In this document: piece after piece, positions 27,461 through 37,200 of the stretch
Position numbering within the stretch: position 1 is the stretch's first letter
How the letters are laid out: each line of letters starts with the position of its first letter
Assembly: GCA_946408995.1 (NCBI GenBank)
Contig: CAMJUL010000007.1
Location: 17 to 64,016 of the forward strand
From: an uncultured Clostridia bacterium
Lineage (GTDB): Bacteria > Bacillota > Clostridia > Christensenellales > Aristaeellaceae
Direction: 5' to 3'
DNA: 64,000 nucleotides
The notes under the pieces: generated by a model
Told to the model about the DNA's origin: nothing
The model's database searches: none
The model's input: the letters and a program-made list of their open reading frames with translations, nothing else
Translations under genes and position numbers: made by a program

Positions 27461-28744
27461 TTATTGGTCGATGTAGTATTCTGCTTCGGTGATGTAGCTG
27501 TTCACCGCATCTTCCAGGCTGGCGCCGTTCACAGTGTAATCCAGCACCATGGTGGCCAGCTGCTTCTGCACGCTCACCATGGGACCGATCTGGGTCTGCT
27601 TCACCACGTGGGAAACGCCCTGGGCCGCGCCCTCCAGGATGGGAGAGACCCGGCAGTCCTTCAGGCTCTCATGCGCCACAAAGGCCAGGCCGATATTGTT
27701 CAGATACCCTTCCAGGGTCTCTGTGCTGGTGCAATGCTGAATGAACAGACTGATGGCTTCCTTCTGCCCGTCGGTTAATCCGTCGCCGATCAGGAAGCAA
27801 TGGGATTCCACCAGGGAATTGCCCTTGCCGTTGGTGCCCATTGTGGTGGGAAGCGGCGCGGTCACGGTAAAATTGGCGGCATTGGCGTCCACTTCACCGA
27901 TCTGGGCATAGCCCCAGGAGGAGTCCACATAGGCAACCACGTTGCCCGCGCCGAAGGCGGCCCGGTAGTCCTTCAGTTTCAGGTTTTCCTGGGTGTAGCC
28001 ATTGCCGATCAGGTATTTGTAAAAGTCCAGCATTTCGGCCATGGCGGTGGCGTTGGGTTCAGCCTTCAGGTCCGCCAGCTGACCGTCATCGGTGAGCAAT
28101 TGGCCGCCGAAAGCGGTAAAAATGGCATTGATGTTGGAGCCGGTGGCAGGCACCTCTGCTGTGGTCAGGCCGAAAATGGTGGATACCTTGCTGCCGTCCT
28201 TATAGAAATCGGACAGCGTCTCGATCCAGGTTTTCAGGCCGTCCAGAGTGTCGGGGAAGGCCGCGGCGTCCATGCCGGCCGCCTCCACCAGATCCTTGTT
28301 GATGAACACCACGGAATTGGTGTAGTAATGGGGCACGGCGTACACGCCGTCCTTGTAGTACATCTGGTCCAGCACATAATCATAGTAGCCGGCATAGAAG
28401 TCCGGGGCGATCACGTCCTTGGGCTGCTGGATGAATTCGCCCTCCACCAGGGCGGGGATCCAGCTCACTTCGCCCAGGATCAAATCCACGCTCATGCCGG
28501 AGCCCAGGTCGTTGGTGAAGGTTTGGATCATGCTGTTGTAATCCACTGTAACGCTTTCCACCGTTACCCAGGGGGCCTTTTCTTCAAAGGATGCTACGGT
28601 AGCCTTCCACCAATCCGCCTTGGCCGTTTCGGACAGGGCGTAGTTGTAGAAACGGATGGTGACAGGTTCCTTTTCCTCTGCCAGCGCGGAGCAGCAGGAG
28701 AGTGCCAGGATCAAGGCGAGGACCAGTGCGAGCTGCTTTTTCAT
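27461..28744 (-). CDS. Extracellular solute-binding protein of a third sugar ABC transporter
   Basis: Start at ATG 28744, giving the signal peptide MKKQLALVLALILALSCCSALA. About 427 aa, family-1 sugar-binding type. Confidence 0.85.
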   Translation of the reverse strand: MKKQLALVLALILALSCCSALAEEKEPVTIRFYNYALSETAKADWWKATVASFEEKAPWVTVESVTVDYNSMIQTFTNDLGSGMSVDLILGEVSWIPALVEGEFIQQPKDVIAPDFYAGYYDYVLDQMYYKDGVYAVPHYYTNSVVFINKDLVEAAGMDAAAFPDTLDGLKTWIETLSDFYKDGSKVSTIFGLTTAEVPATGSNINAIFTAFGGQLLTDDGQLADLKAEPNATAMAEMLDFYKYLIGNGYTQENLKLKDYRAAFGAGNVVAYVDSSWGYAQIGEVDANAANFTVTAPLPTTMGTNGKGNSLVESHCFLIGDGLTDGQKEAISLFIQHCTSTETLEGYLNNIGLAFVAHESLKDCRVSPILEGAAQGVSHVVKQTQIGPMVSVQKQLATMVLDYTVNGASLEDAVNSYITEAEYYIDQ

Positions 28745-28832
28745 GGTTCTGTTTCCTCCTTTATTTGCTTTTTCCGTTTTTGCTTCCATTCCGGAAGTTG
28801 CGTGATGCCAAGGACGATATAAATTCGTGTGT

Positions 28833-28861
28833 ATATTATCACATTCATTGGCCTCTGTCAA
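28833..28861 (-). promoter_or_regulatory. Sigma-70-type promoter of the third ABC operon
   Basis: The minus strand reads TTGACA-N17-TAATAT. It is immediately followed by ACACACGAAT, which resembles one arm of the palindrome at 28940. Confidence 0.5.
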
Positions 28862-28939
28862 GATGATTTAACGATTTCTGGATCAAAAATAACGGATTCT
28901 TTTTCAGAAATTGAAAAAGAAGTGATTAGCGCATCTTTT

Positions 28940-28955
28940 TATACACATGTGTATA
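28940..28955. promoter_or_regulatory. Perfect 16-bp palindrome TATACACATGTGTATA, candidate regulator binding site
   Basis: It is its own reverse complement. It lies about 80 nt upstream of the -35 of the promoter above and matches 12 of 16 positions of the 8392/16382 motif. Confidence 0.5.
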
Positions 28956-29839
28956 CCGAATGGAAAGCAAAGAAAACAGTTTCCGGCCTGCCCTGAGAAA
29001 GGCGCTTCCGTGAGCGATTCTGCAAAGGTGTATCATGGGCTGGCTCCACAGGAAACGAATATGCTGAAGAAGCAAAGGATCACACGAACAGATTGATTCA
29101 AAAACAGCCGGGCGGGCTGAGATGAAGCACTTTATTGCGTTCATGGGCACGTTCCCATGGAGGACAATGGGGGAGTGCTGATGCGGGGCCTGCAGCCCTG
29201 TCTTGCAGTCCGGCAAGAAAGTTGACATTACGGTCACAATGTTCGTGAAATCTCGGGAATTGCAGGAGGGCGTAAATGAATTTGAGTAAGATACAACCCA
29301 AAGCAGGACCAGCAATCCTTGCAGGGACAGTATTTCTGTTTAAAATCTTTCTGATCATCCATTATTCTATGGGTAGATTCTTTGTCTGTCTTATCCTGCC
29401 GACAGGGTTTATCATGATGACGGCAGGTCTGAACAACGAATGCGAGGGGGACCGCAAAGCCGCCGCGAATTCCGGCTTTATCCCGGCGGCGGTGTACAGG
29501 ACGTTTATGACGCTTATCTATTTCACGCAGCTGACTACGGTAGATAACGAACAGCTGCATGAACAGGCGGCAAATCATGTGGAATTCGGAAAACTTGGGC
29601 GTATCTTCATCTACGATCTGCCCGGTTGAGGTGTAAGGACACTTTCTCCTTCCTTTGCGGGACGATCAATGATGCCGAAGAACAAAACGGATCAGTGGCT
29701 CAGAGCGCTGCTGATGATACCGGGAATGTTCTGTTTCTACTGCGCGTTTATGCCGATTACGGGAATGCTCACAAGGATGTCCTCTAACGTCGACGGAACC
29801 GGCGGTGGGGTCGACCATTCTCATCCAGGGCGGCGGCGA

Positions 29840-30040
29840 TATGGCATACGGACGAAAGGGGGAGCCACCCATCGGATGATGCCCTTTCCCCTGGACGTGA
29901 AAAGCACCTTTGACGCAGGCGATACCTTCAAGGCCGGATGTGTATATGGCTGCCGCAGGGCTTTCCGGATGGGGAACCGGTTCGCTTCGCCAGCGCCTGC
30001 TCCAAAGTGGCCATACCCCGTTTCCCCTGCCGCCGCATCC
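29840..30040 (+). pseudogene. Remnant of the C-terminus of a PfkB/ribokinase-family sugar kinase
   Basis: DVKSTFDAGDTFKAGCVYG resembles the PfkB signature (V-D-T-x-G-A-G-D-x-F). It continues in another frame as VRFASACSKVAIP. There is no intact N-terminal part. Confidence 0.35.
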
Positions 30041-30093
30041 GCAGAAGCTTGAAGAAGGACAAACGATCCACGGCGCTGTGGAAGGAGGATACG

Positions 30094-30814
30094 ATGCATA
30101 GAGAAAACGTTGAACAAGACAATCAGATGCTGATCAAGTTCTGGGATCAAACCTTCACTTTGTCCGAAGAACAGAAGGCGTATATTCAGAACCCAAAACA
30201 AGACTGGATGAAGCTGGCTCCATCGGAAAAGCTTTTTCTGGCAGCGCATTCTTTGGGTCAAAGGGGAATAATTGTTCGACTTTGGCTGCGGGACAGCGTG
30301 GGCTTCCATCATTGCCGCCAAAGGCGGATGCCCTGATATTACGGCCGAAGACGCGGCCACCGCCGCTGTACAGGCTGCACGCCTTTATGCTGCTCACTAT
30401 GGTGTTGCAAACCAAATTCGGTTTGAATATGCTGACGCAGTGTGGCTGAAAAACGTTCCTTCCGAAACGTATGACGGCATATTTTGCTCGAACGTGCTGG
30501 ATGTGATTCCTCCTGAGACAGCAAAAGAAATCATCCGGGAAACGGTGCGCATCCTGAAGCGGGATGGAAACCTGATCGTCGGCTTGAGTGATTACCTGTC
30601 TCCGGAAGCCGCTGCAGAAAGGGGAATGGAACTGACAGGCGGCATCCGGCTCTATATGGACGGCATTCTCAGGCTCATATCCCGGACAGATGAGGAGTGG
30701 GCGGAATGCTTCTCACCCTGGTATACTGTTGAAACTCTTACGCACTTTGCCTGGCCGGGTGGAAAAAAGGAAGCAAGACGCCTGTTCCGGTTGCGAAAAC
30801 GGGAGGGTGTTTGA
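30094..30814 (+). pseudogene. Class I SAM-dependent methyltransferase interrupted by one frameshift near 30262-30275
   Basis: ATG 30094 follows GGAAGGAGGA. The N-terminal 59 codons (MHRENVEQDNQMLIKFWDQ...) are in one frame. Motif I FDFGCGTAW and the rest (VLDVIPPE, RILKRDGNLIV) are in the next frame. Confidence 0.6.
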
Positions 30815-31425
30815 AGTGCTGATGGGTATTGTCGGAGAGAATTGCAGCGGGGGATTCACACCGGCAGCCTGTATCCGGATGATCATGATTCATGTTTTTC
30901 GGACCCAATCTCTGAAGGGCGCTGGTTCGAATGCAGTCGAACGTATGAATAATCCCCCGGAATCCTGCGAGGTTCCGGGAAATTGGATTGTTTTGGAATG
31001 AAAACAGAACGTGTGCGAGGTACATAAAGGACGTACATTACAAACTCCCGGTAACATATCCTTGCTGTTGGCAATAGGATCCCTGTACTTCTTGGGGAGA
31101 ATTACAGGCGCTGTGCCTTGAAACAGAATAGGATCCTCATCCATCTGCCGGCATAGGCCTTCCTTGCTTCAGCCGACAAACAAATCCATGCCGTTGGAGC
31201 GTTTGCAAGATCGGAACACGCAAGCAAAGCCCTCCCTGAAAGGGACAACGGCCGGGTTGAACATGCTGTTGGCCCGCTTATTGCCATAGTGTCCTGTAAC
31301 AGGATACCCGCTAAGAGGTCATACCGGATCGGAGGTATTTGTGGGCTGCTCCTCCCACAGGATGTTGGGACATGCATCTGAGATAATCGGCGGCTATATC
31401 CCTTTCTCTTTCGTTGCTCAAAGCA

Positions 31426-34400
31426 TTAGACTTTCACCCGCAGCGTGATGATCTCAAAGGGTCTGGCGTGCAGCCCGATGGTCCCGGCAGGCTGGAATGC
31501 CTGTTCAGGCTGCTCCAGCATGTCGCAGAGGACGACGGAAATCACCGGCATCGCCGCTGACAAGGTGAAGGCGGTATCGCACTTTTTGCTCTCGTACAGG
31601 CGCAGGATGATATCGCCGCTGCCATCTTCTGCGGGTTTGACGGTGTCAAGGATGATGTTGGGCGCATCCACGCGGAACAGGCAGCAGGTTGGTGCCGTGC
31701 CGGGCGCGGCGGCAACGGGGGCGTTCAGCCGCAGGCCATCCTGCACGACGGAAGCATCCTTGAAGGCGCCCTCCCAAGCCTCGAATGCATAGGTGAAATG
31801 GTGCATACCGTTGTCCGCCTGCATCTCCGGGGCGGCGGTTGCCCGCAGCAGCGTCAGGGAGATGGTGCTGCCTTCGGTGCTCACACCGTACTTGCTGTCG
31901 TTGAGCACCGCGCAGCCATGTCCCTGATCGGTCAGGGCCGTGTAGCGATGGTTGCAGACCTCGAAGCGATCCTTGTCGCAGGCGCGGCTGCGATGTGTGG
32001 GGCGTTCCACATAGCCAAACTGGATCTCGTGCAGGGCGTTCTCGGAAAACACTGTCGTGGGGAAGCTCACCTTCAGCAGGCGGTGCAGCTCATGCCAGTC
32101 CACCGTGGTGTCGAAGAACAGAGTGGTTTCATCGGCGTTCAGGCGGATGACCTGCTCAATGATGGAATTGCCGATTGCACGGCGGACACGCAGGGCAGCG
32201 CACAGGCCCTCCGCGCACTCGATGGACAGCGCAGCATCCCCCGTCAGCGGAATCTCCTGCGAGGCGTAGTTGCTGTCGATGTCCCATGCGTCGAAGAGGC
32301 GGGGAACATCCTTGTACAGGCGGAGCTGGTTCATGGGTGCGGCGGCCAGCTCACGGCCCTCCTTGGTGCGGTAGGAGAGGATGCGTCCTTGCTTGTCCAG
32401 GGTAATCTGCACGCGGGCGTTTTCCAGCAAGGCGCCACGCTGGGTGAGCGTGGCTTTTGCCGTCGGTGCAGCATGTGACGTGCCGGGCACGACGCTGACC
32501 CAGCCCATCGCCGGGACGGTCACGACGGCCTTGCGACCGCAAACCGGAACGGCAGCGCCTTCGCGGGTCTGTGCGCCGCCCTCCGGGAAGTCCTCGGGCA
32601 GGTCAATCACTTCTGTGCGGTCAAAGCCCAGGGAGTTGAACAGCGTGAAGCCTGCGCCGGGCTGCGTAAGCGTGCTGAGGAAGTCCGCCGCCAGCGCTTT
32701 GGCCTCCTGCTGGAGGGCTTCATGGGCGGCGTTGGCCTCCTGATACACCCGTGCGATGCTGGAGCCGGGCAGAATATCGTGAAACTGCAGCAGAAGCAGC
32801 TGCTTCCACAGGCGGTCTGCGTCGCCAAGGGGATAGCTCGCGCCGCGGAGCATTGCTGCCGTTCCCCAGACCTCCATATCATGCAGGGCGCATTCGCTGC
32901 GGCGATTGTTTTTCTTTACCGCCGCCTGGCTGGTGTAGGTGCCGCGGTGGGCATTGAAGTACAATTCGCCCGTCCAGGTGTTGCGGGGGCCGCCCTCTTC
33001 CGCCAGGCGGTCGAAGAAGTCCACCGGGGCCTCCATGCTGACCTTGGGCATGCCCTCCAGGTCACGGGCGCGCAGGGCGTATTCGATGTGATCCCGGCAG
33101 GGGCCGCCGCCGCCGTCGCCGTAGCCGAAGGGCACCAGGAAGTCATCCAGATGCCGGGCCTGCACGCGGCTGTTCCATGTCCGGCACAGCTCCTTGGGAT
33201 CGGTGCGGTAGGTGTAGCTGGTGGGCAGGAAGGAGGTCACGCTGCTGCCGTCCATGCCGATCCAGTTGAAATAATGGTAGGGGAAGCGGTCGCCGTCGTT
33301 GTAGCTCCAGAAGATCTTCTGGGTCACGAGGTAGTCCACATGGCATTTGCGCAGGATCTGCGGCAGGGCTGCCGTATAGCCGAAGGTGTCCGGCAGCCAC
33401 AGCACGCGGCTTTCCAGCCCGAAGGCATCCTTGTAGTACCGCTTGCCGTGAAGCACCTGGCGCACCAGCGCTTCACCGGAGGGCATGTTGGTGTCGGGCT
33501 CAACGTACATCGCGCCGTCGGCGATCCACTGGCCCTTGCTGATCGCTTCGCGGATGCGTTCGTACAGCTCCGGATAGCGCTTGCGGCACATTTCGTAGGC
33601 GGCGGGCTGACTCTGGATGTAGCGGTATTCGGGGTACTTCTCCAGCAGGCGCAGCTGTTGGGCGAAGGTGCGGGCGGTCTTGCGCTCGGTCTCCTGCATC
33701 GGCCAGAGCCAGGCCAGGTCCAGGTGGGAATTGCCGACTGCGCTTATGCGGGGCATGGTCGAGCCGTTTTGCGCCGCCAGCAGGGGAGATAGAGCCTTGC
33801 GTGCCTTGCGGTAATCCGCCAAACGAGCCTCGCGGGGCTGCTCGAAGTCCACCAGGAGGGTGTACTCTTCCAGAGCGTCGGCGATCTTCGCAGCCCGCAG
33901 GGACGTATCCGGCAGCTCATTCATCAGCAGGTGCAGCGTGGAGACATCCAGCCAAAGCTGGTAGGCGTCCTCCTGCCAAACGCCGAAGGTGCTGCTGCCC
34001 ATGACGGTGCGCTGGCCCTCGGTCTTGGGGTCAAGATAGCTGCCGGGCAGCACCGGGCCGGTAGCGCATCCGCCTGCATCGGGGAAATAATGCCCCGCGT
34101 ATACCTCAAAGAGCAGGTCGAAGCGCTTTCCGGGCACGGCATGCCCGGTCAGGATGTTGTCCACCTTGTAATGATGGGGCGTGTCCACCCAGTCTGCGCG
34201 GCGGGTGCCAAAGGCGCGCCCATTGACGAACAATGTGGCCTCACCGCCCAGGTTCAGATCCATGGTGACCATCTGCCCTTCGCATTCCGGCGGGATGACG
34301 ATGCTTGCCTGCACCCACATGTATTCCCAGGTGTGGCCCCATACGAAGCCTTCCGGGATGGGGCGGAAGTCGCCCTCTGCAGCCTGTTCGACGGTCAGCT

Positions 34401-34524
34401 GCTCCATGGTGAAAAAGCCCTCAAAATGGATGGGCTGCACAGGCATGTAGAAATCCTGCTGGATCGTCCGCTGCCAGTGCTCAAGGCGGTCACGGTATTC
34501 ATTGTTCAACAGCTGCATAAACAA
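31426..34524 (-). CDS. GH38 alpha-mannosidase
   Basis: 1032 aa. VGNSHLDLAWLWP, GGAMYVEPDTNMPSGE-like block (ADGAMYVEPDTNMPSGEALVRQ) and LWLPDTFGY, all typical of GH38. No signal peptide. Confidence 0.9.
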   Translation of the reverse strand: MFMQLLNNEYRDRLEHWQRTIQQDFYMPVQPIHFEGFFTMEQLTVEQAAEGDFRPIPEGFVWGHTWEYMWVQASIVIPPECEGQMVTMDLNLGGEATLFVNGRAFGTRRADWVDTPHHYKVDNILTGHAVPGKRFDLLFEVYAGHYFPDAGGCATGPVLPGSYLDPKTEGQRTVMGSSTFGVWQEDAYQLWLDVSTLHLLMNELPDTSLRAAKIADALEEYTLLVDFEQPREARLADYRKARKALSPLLAAQNGSTMPRISAVGNSHLDLAWLWPMQETERKTARTFAQQLRLLEKYPEYRYIQSQPAAYEMCRKRYPELYERIREAISKGQWIADGAMYVEPDTNMPSGEALVRQVLHGKRYYKDAFGLESRVLWLPDTFGYTAALPQILRKCHVDYLVTQKIFWSYNDGDRFPYHYFNWIGMDGSSVTSFLPTSYTYRTDPKELCRTWNSRVQARHLDDFLVPFGYGDGGGGPCRDHIEYALRARDLEGMPKVSMEAPVDFFDRLAEEGGPRNTWTGELYFNAHRGTYTSQAAVKKNNRRSECALHDMEVWGTAAMLRGASYPLGDADRLWKQLLLLQFHDILPGSSIARVYQEANAAHEALQQEAKALAADFLSTLTQPGAGFTLFNSLGFDRTEVIDLPEDFPEGGAQTREGAAVPVCGRKAVVTVPAMGWVSVVPGTSHAAPTAKATLTQRGALLENARVQITLDKQGRILSYRTKEGRELAAAPMNQLRLYKDVPRLFDAWDIDSNYASQEIPLTGDAALSIECAEGLCAALRVRRAIGNSIIEQVIRLNADETTLFFDTTVDWHELHRLLKVSFPTTVFSENALHEIQFGYVERPTHRSRACDKDRFEVCNHRYTALTDQGHGCAVLNDSKYGVSTEGSTISLTLLRATAAPEMQADNGMHHFTYAFEAWEGAFKDASVVQDGLRLNAPVAAAPGTAPTCCLFRVDAPNIILDTVKPAEDGSGDIILRLYESKKCDTAFTLSAAMPVISVVLCDMLEQPEQAFQPAGTIGLHARPFEIITLRVKV

Positions 34525-34578
34525 ACCTCCCTGTGTACAATGCGGTGTTCCCTTTGTTCGTTGATCCGGAGAATTACC

Positions 34579-35355
34579 TCAATGTTTGCCTTGGGGGTGC
34601 GATCCATATCCGGCAGGCCGTTGACTTCTGCAGCCCATGGCCTTGGTCAGTTCCACGTCTATGCGCAGCACGTTGTCCCTGAGGGTGGTCAGCAGACTGT
34701 CCGGCCAGCAGCCTTGATCCGGAAGCTGCCGCTGATAGAAAAGACGGTTGTACAAAAGCATCTTGCCGTTGACGGCCTCGACCGTGCGCATGCCAGAGCA
34801 AGTGTCCGCCTCCTCGCCGCCGCGAAAGTCCCGATGGTCAGGCCGTACAGCGCGGGATGGCCGGGACTCCCCATGTGGAAGCCCTCCAGGTGTTCGTTAT
34901 GCCGCAGGAAAAGCTCCGTCTGCATGCAGCGGTCAGAGAGGACCTTCACGTCGCTGACAGCCACCTCATCGCCCTTGAAGGAGGCGGTCAAGCGGATGGG
35001 CGCGTCCCTCGACAGCGAGTTGAGGTATTTCTCTGCCTTCACGCTGTCGGGTTCCAGACAAGAGGGCATGCGGAAGTCCAGGGGGGGGGGGTGTACTCGC
35101 CCAGACCCTCCAGCCAGAAGTTCTGTCAGATGCGGGTCGAAGGATGTACCAGCACTCGAAGGGCTTGGGGAGAAAGACTGCGTACCCGGGCTGATCGGAA
35201 TCGAAGCGATCGTCCGCGCGGACGTTCAGCGAGTACTCGCCGCCGGTCTCAGTCAGGCCGGTCTCCTCAAAGAGGAAGGGGGGCATATCCTTGCTGTAAT
35301 CAAGACAGGGAATGTGTACATTGATGAATGAAGACCATTTCTTCTCTGTAAACAC
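34579..35355 (-). pseudogene. Disrupted gene of unknown function upstream of the GH38 gene (at least three reading-frame changes)
   Basis: Coding-looking sequence passes through three or more frames (ORFs 34966-35355, 34689-35069, 34579-34791). One switch is at the poly-G tract 35081-35091 and one is near 35125-35135. Confidence 0.45.
35081..35091. repeat. Homopolymer G11 (C11 on the coding strand)
   Basis: Eleven consecutive G, counted in the sequence. A length of 9 or 12 would join ..LEGLGEYTPPP to LDFRMPSCLEPD.. in frame. Confidence 0.9.
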
Positions 35356-35829
35356 AGCCGTTCCGACAGGAACATCCGGTATCTCTCCTGAAAATCATCA
35401 GGAATGTACTCTAAGACCTTTCCGGCGATTTGATTGTTGTCCGTACCGCATTCCCCTCAAAAAGGGTGTACATCCGGCCAAAGAAATATCCCTGTGTAAG
35501 AACATCATTAAAAGGATTCTTTGATGATTTGTACGGCTTGCCATTGTGGTTGATTATATTTTGTCTTCACACGGTTCGTCCTCAAAAACAAGCGGCCGTC
35601 CTGACACCCAAACCACAGCCACAACCCGCTGTTATCCAAATCAATAACGCAACGCTGCCGCAAAAACATCCAAGAAGGCCATTTCAACCCTCCGACATCC
35701 AAACAGCCTGCACAACCCTTCGTTCGGAGCGGTTGATATGTTCTTACAGAGCGGTTTTCACGGGCATATCTCACTGCGGTTGACGGGAAGATGCCCGAAA
35801 ATCCAGAAAATACGGCACTCCTGACGGTC

Positions 35830-37179
35830 TTATGTGGCTTTCCGTGACAGCAATACTACTGTCTCGACATGGGAAGTCTGGCAGAACATGTCCACACTTT
35901 GCGTCTTGAGGGCATGATACCCCAGGGCGCAGAGGATGCCGATATCCCTGGCCTGAGTGGCCGGATCACATGCGACATAGACAACGCGTTCAGCGCCGGA
36001 GGCGGCGATGGCCTCAAGCACCGGACGTTCACATCCTTTGCGGGGGGGATCCAGCACACAGACATCCATGCGGAGCCCCTCTCCGGCCAATCGAGGCAGA
36101 ATCTCTTCGGCGTTTCCGGCAATAAAATCGGCATTGGAAACACCATTGCGAAGGGCATTCTCCCGGGCGTTTGCAACGGCGGCTTCCACCGCCTCGATGC
36201 CGATGACCCGTTTGGCCCTCCTGGCCAGCAGGAGCGAGATGGTGCCGGCACCGCAGTACAGGTCGCAGACGGTTTCCGTCCCCTTCAGGTCCGCGTAATC
36301 CAGGGCCAGACCATACAGCACTTCGGTTTGCTGTGGATTGACCTGAAAAAATGAAAGCGGGGATACCTGGAAGTCAAGCCCGCAAAGGGTGTCTGTCATG
36401 ACGCCGCTGCCAAAAAGAACACGCGTCTCCGAGCCGAGGATCACATTATCCCTTTTGGGATTGAGGTTGAGGCAAACAGAAACCAGGGAAGGCACGCCTT
36501 TGCGCAGAAGGGAAACCAACGCGTCCGTATGGGGAGGCACGGCTTTGGCGATCAGTACGGCCATCACGTCCCCCTTCCTGGAAACACGTACCATGACATG
36601 CCGGACCAGGCCCTGACCGGACATTTCGTCATAGGGCGGGATTCCCCACTCAGCCATCCACTGGCGGATGAGGGCAAGCACGCCATCGCTTTGCGGCATG
36701 GCGATGGGACAAGAGAGGACCGGAATAAGCCGATGGCTTCTTGGCTGGTAGTACCCGGTCTCAACACGTTCCTGAACCAGAGCGACCGGCATGGAGATCT
36801 TGTTCCGGTAATGCCAAGGGTTCTTCATGCCGATCACCGGAGGTACGTCCAGGTGAATGCCGCCAATGCGGTTCTGTACGTCCTGGACGTGCTGCCTTTT
36901 CATTTCAAGGCTGAGGGCATAGGACATATGCTGCGTCTGACAGCCGCCGCACCGTTCATAGACGGGACAGAGGGGTACGCAGCGGTCCGGGGATGGAGCC
37001 AGGACCCGCAGGGTCTTCAAAAAGGCGCAGTTTTTCTGCACCTTTTCCACCCGCGCGTCCACCGTTTCACCGGGGAGCGCGCCGCGTACAAATACGATTA
37101 GCCCCTCCACATGCGCGATTCCAAATTCACCGCCCAGTTTTTCGACCGTCAGACGGAGAACGTCATTTTTCCTGATCAT
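35830..37179 (-). CDS. rlmD: 23S rRNA (uracil-C5)-methyltransferase, RlmD/RumA family
   Basis: N-terminal TRAM-like domain, the Cys cluster CPVYERCGGCQTQH, and a C-terminal SAM-MTase with DLYCGAGT, DPPRKG and VYVACDP. Confidence 0.85.
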   Translation of the reverse strand: MIRKNDVLRLTVEKLGGEFGIAHVEGLIVFVRGALPGETVDARVEKVQKNCAFLKTLRVLAPSPDRCVPLCPVYERCGGCQTQHMSYALSLEMKRQHVQDVQNRIGGIHLDVPPVIGMKNPWHYRNKISMPVALVQERVETGYYQPRSHRLIPVLSCPIAMPQSDGVLALIRQWMAEWGIPPYDEMSGQGLVRHVMVRVSRKGDVMAVLIAKAVPPHTDALVSLLRKGVPSLVSVCLNLNPKRDNVILGSETRVLFGSGVMTDTLCGLDFQVSPLSFFQVNPQQTEVLYGLALDYADLKGTETVCDLYCGAGTISLLLARRAKRVIGIEAVEAAVANARENALRNGVSNADFIAGNAEEILPRLAGEGLRMDVCVLDPPRKGCERPVLEAIAASGAERVVYVACDPATQARDIGILCALGYHALKTQSVDMFCQTSHVETVVLLSRKAT

Positions 37180-37200
37180 ACGCTTGTCGATGTCCTTGGA

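Noticed and set aside
33931-35331. 466-aa ORF on the + strand
   Set aside because: It is antisense to the GH38 gene and the disrupted upstream gene, and has no motifs.
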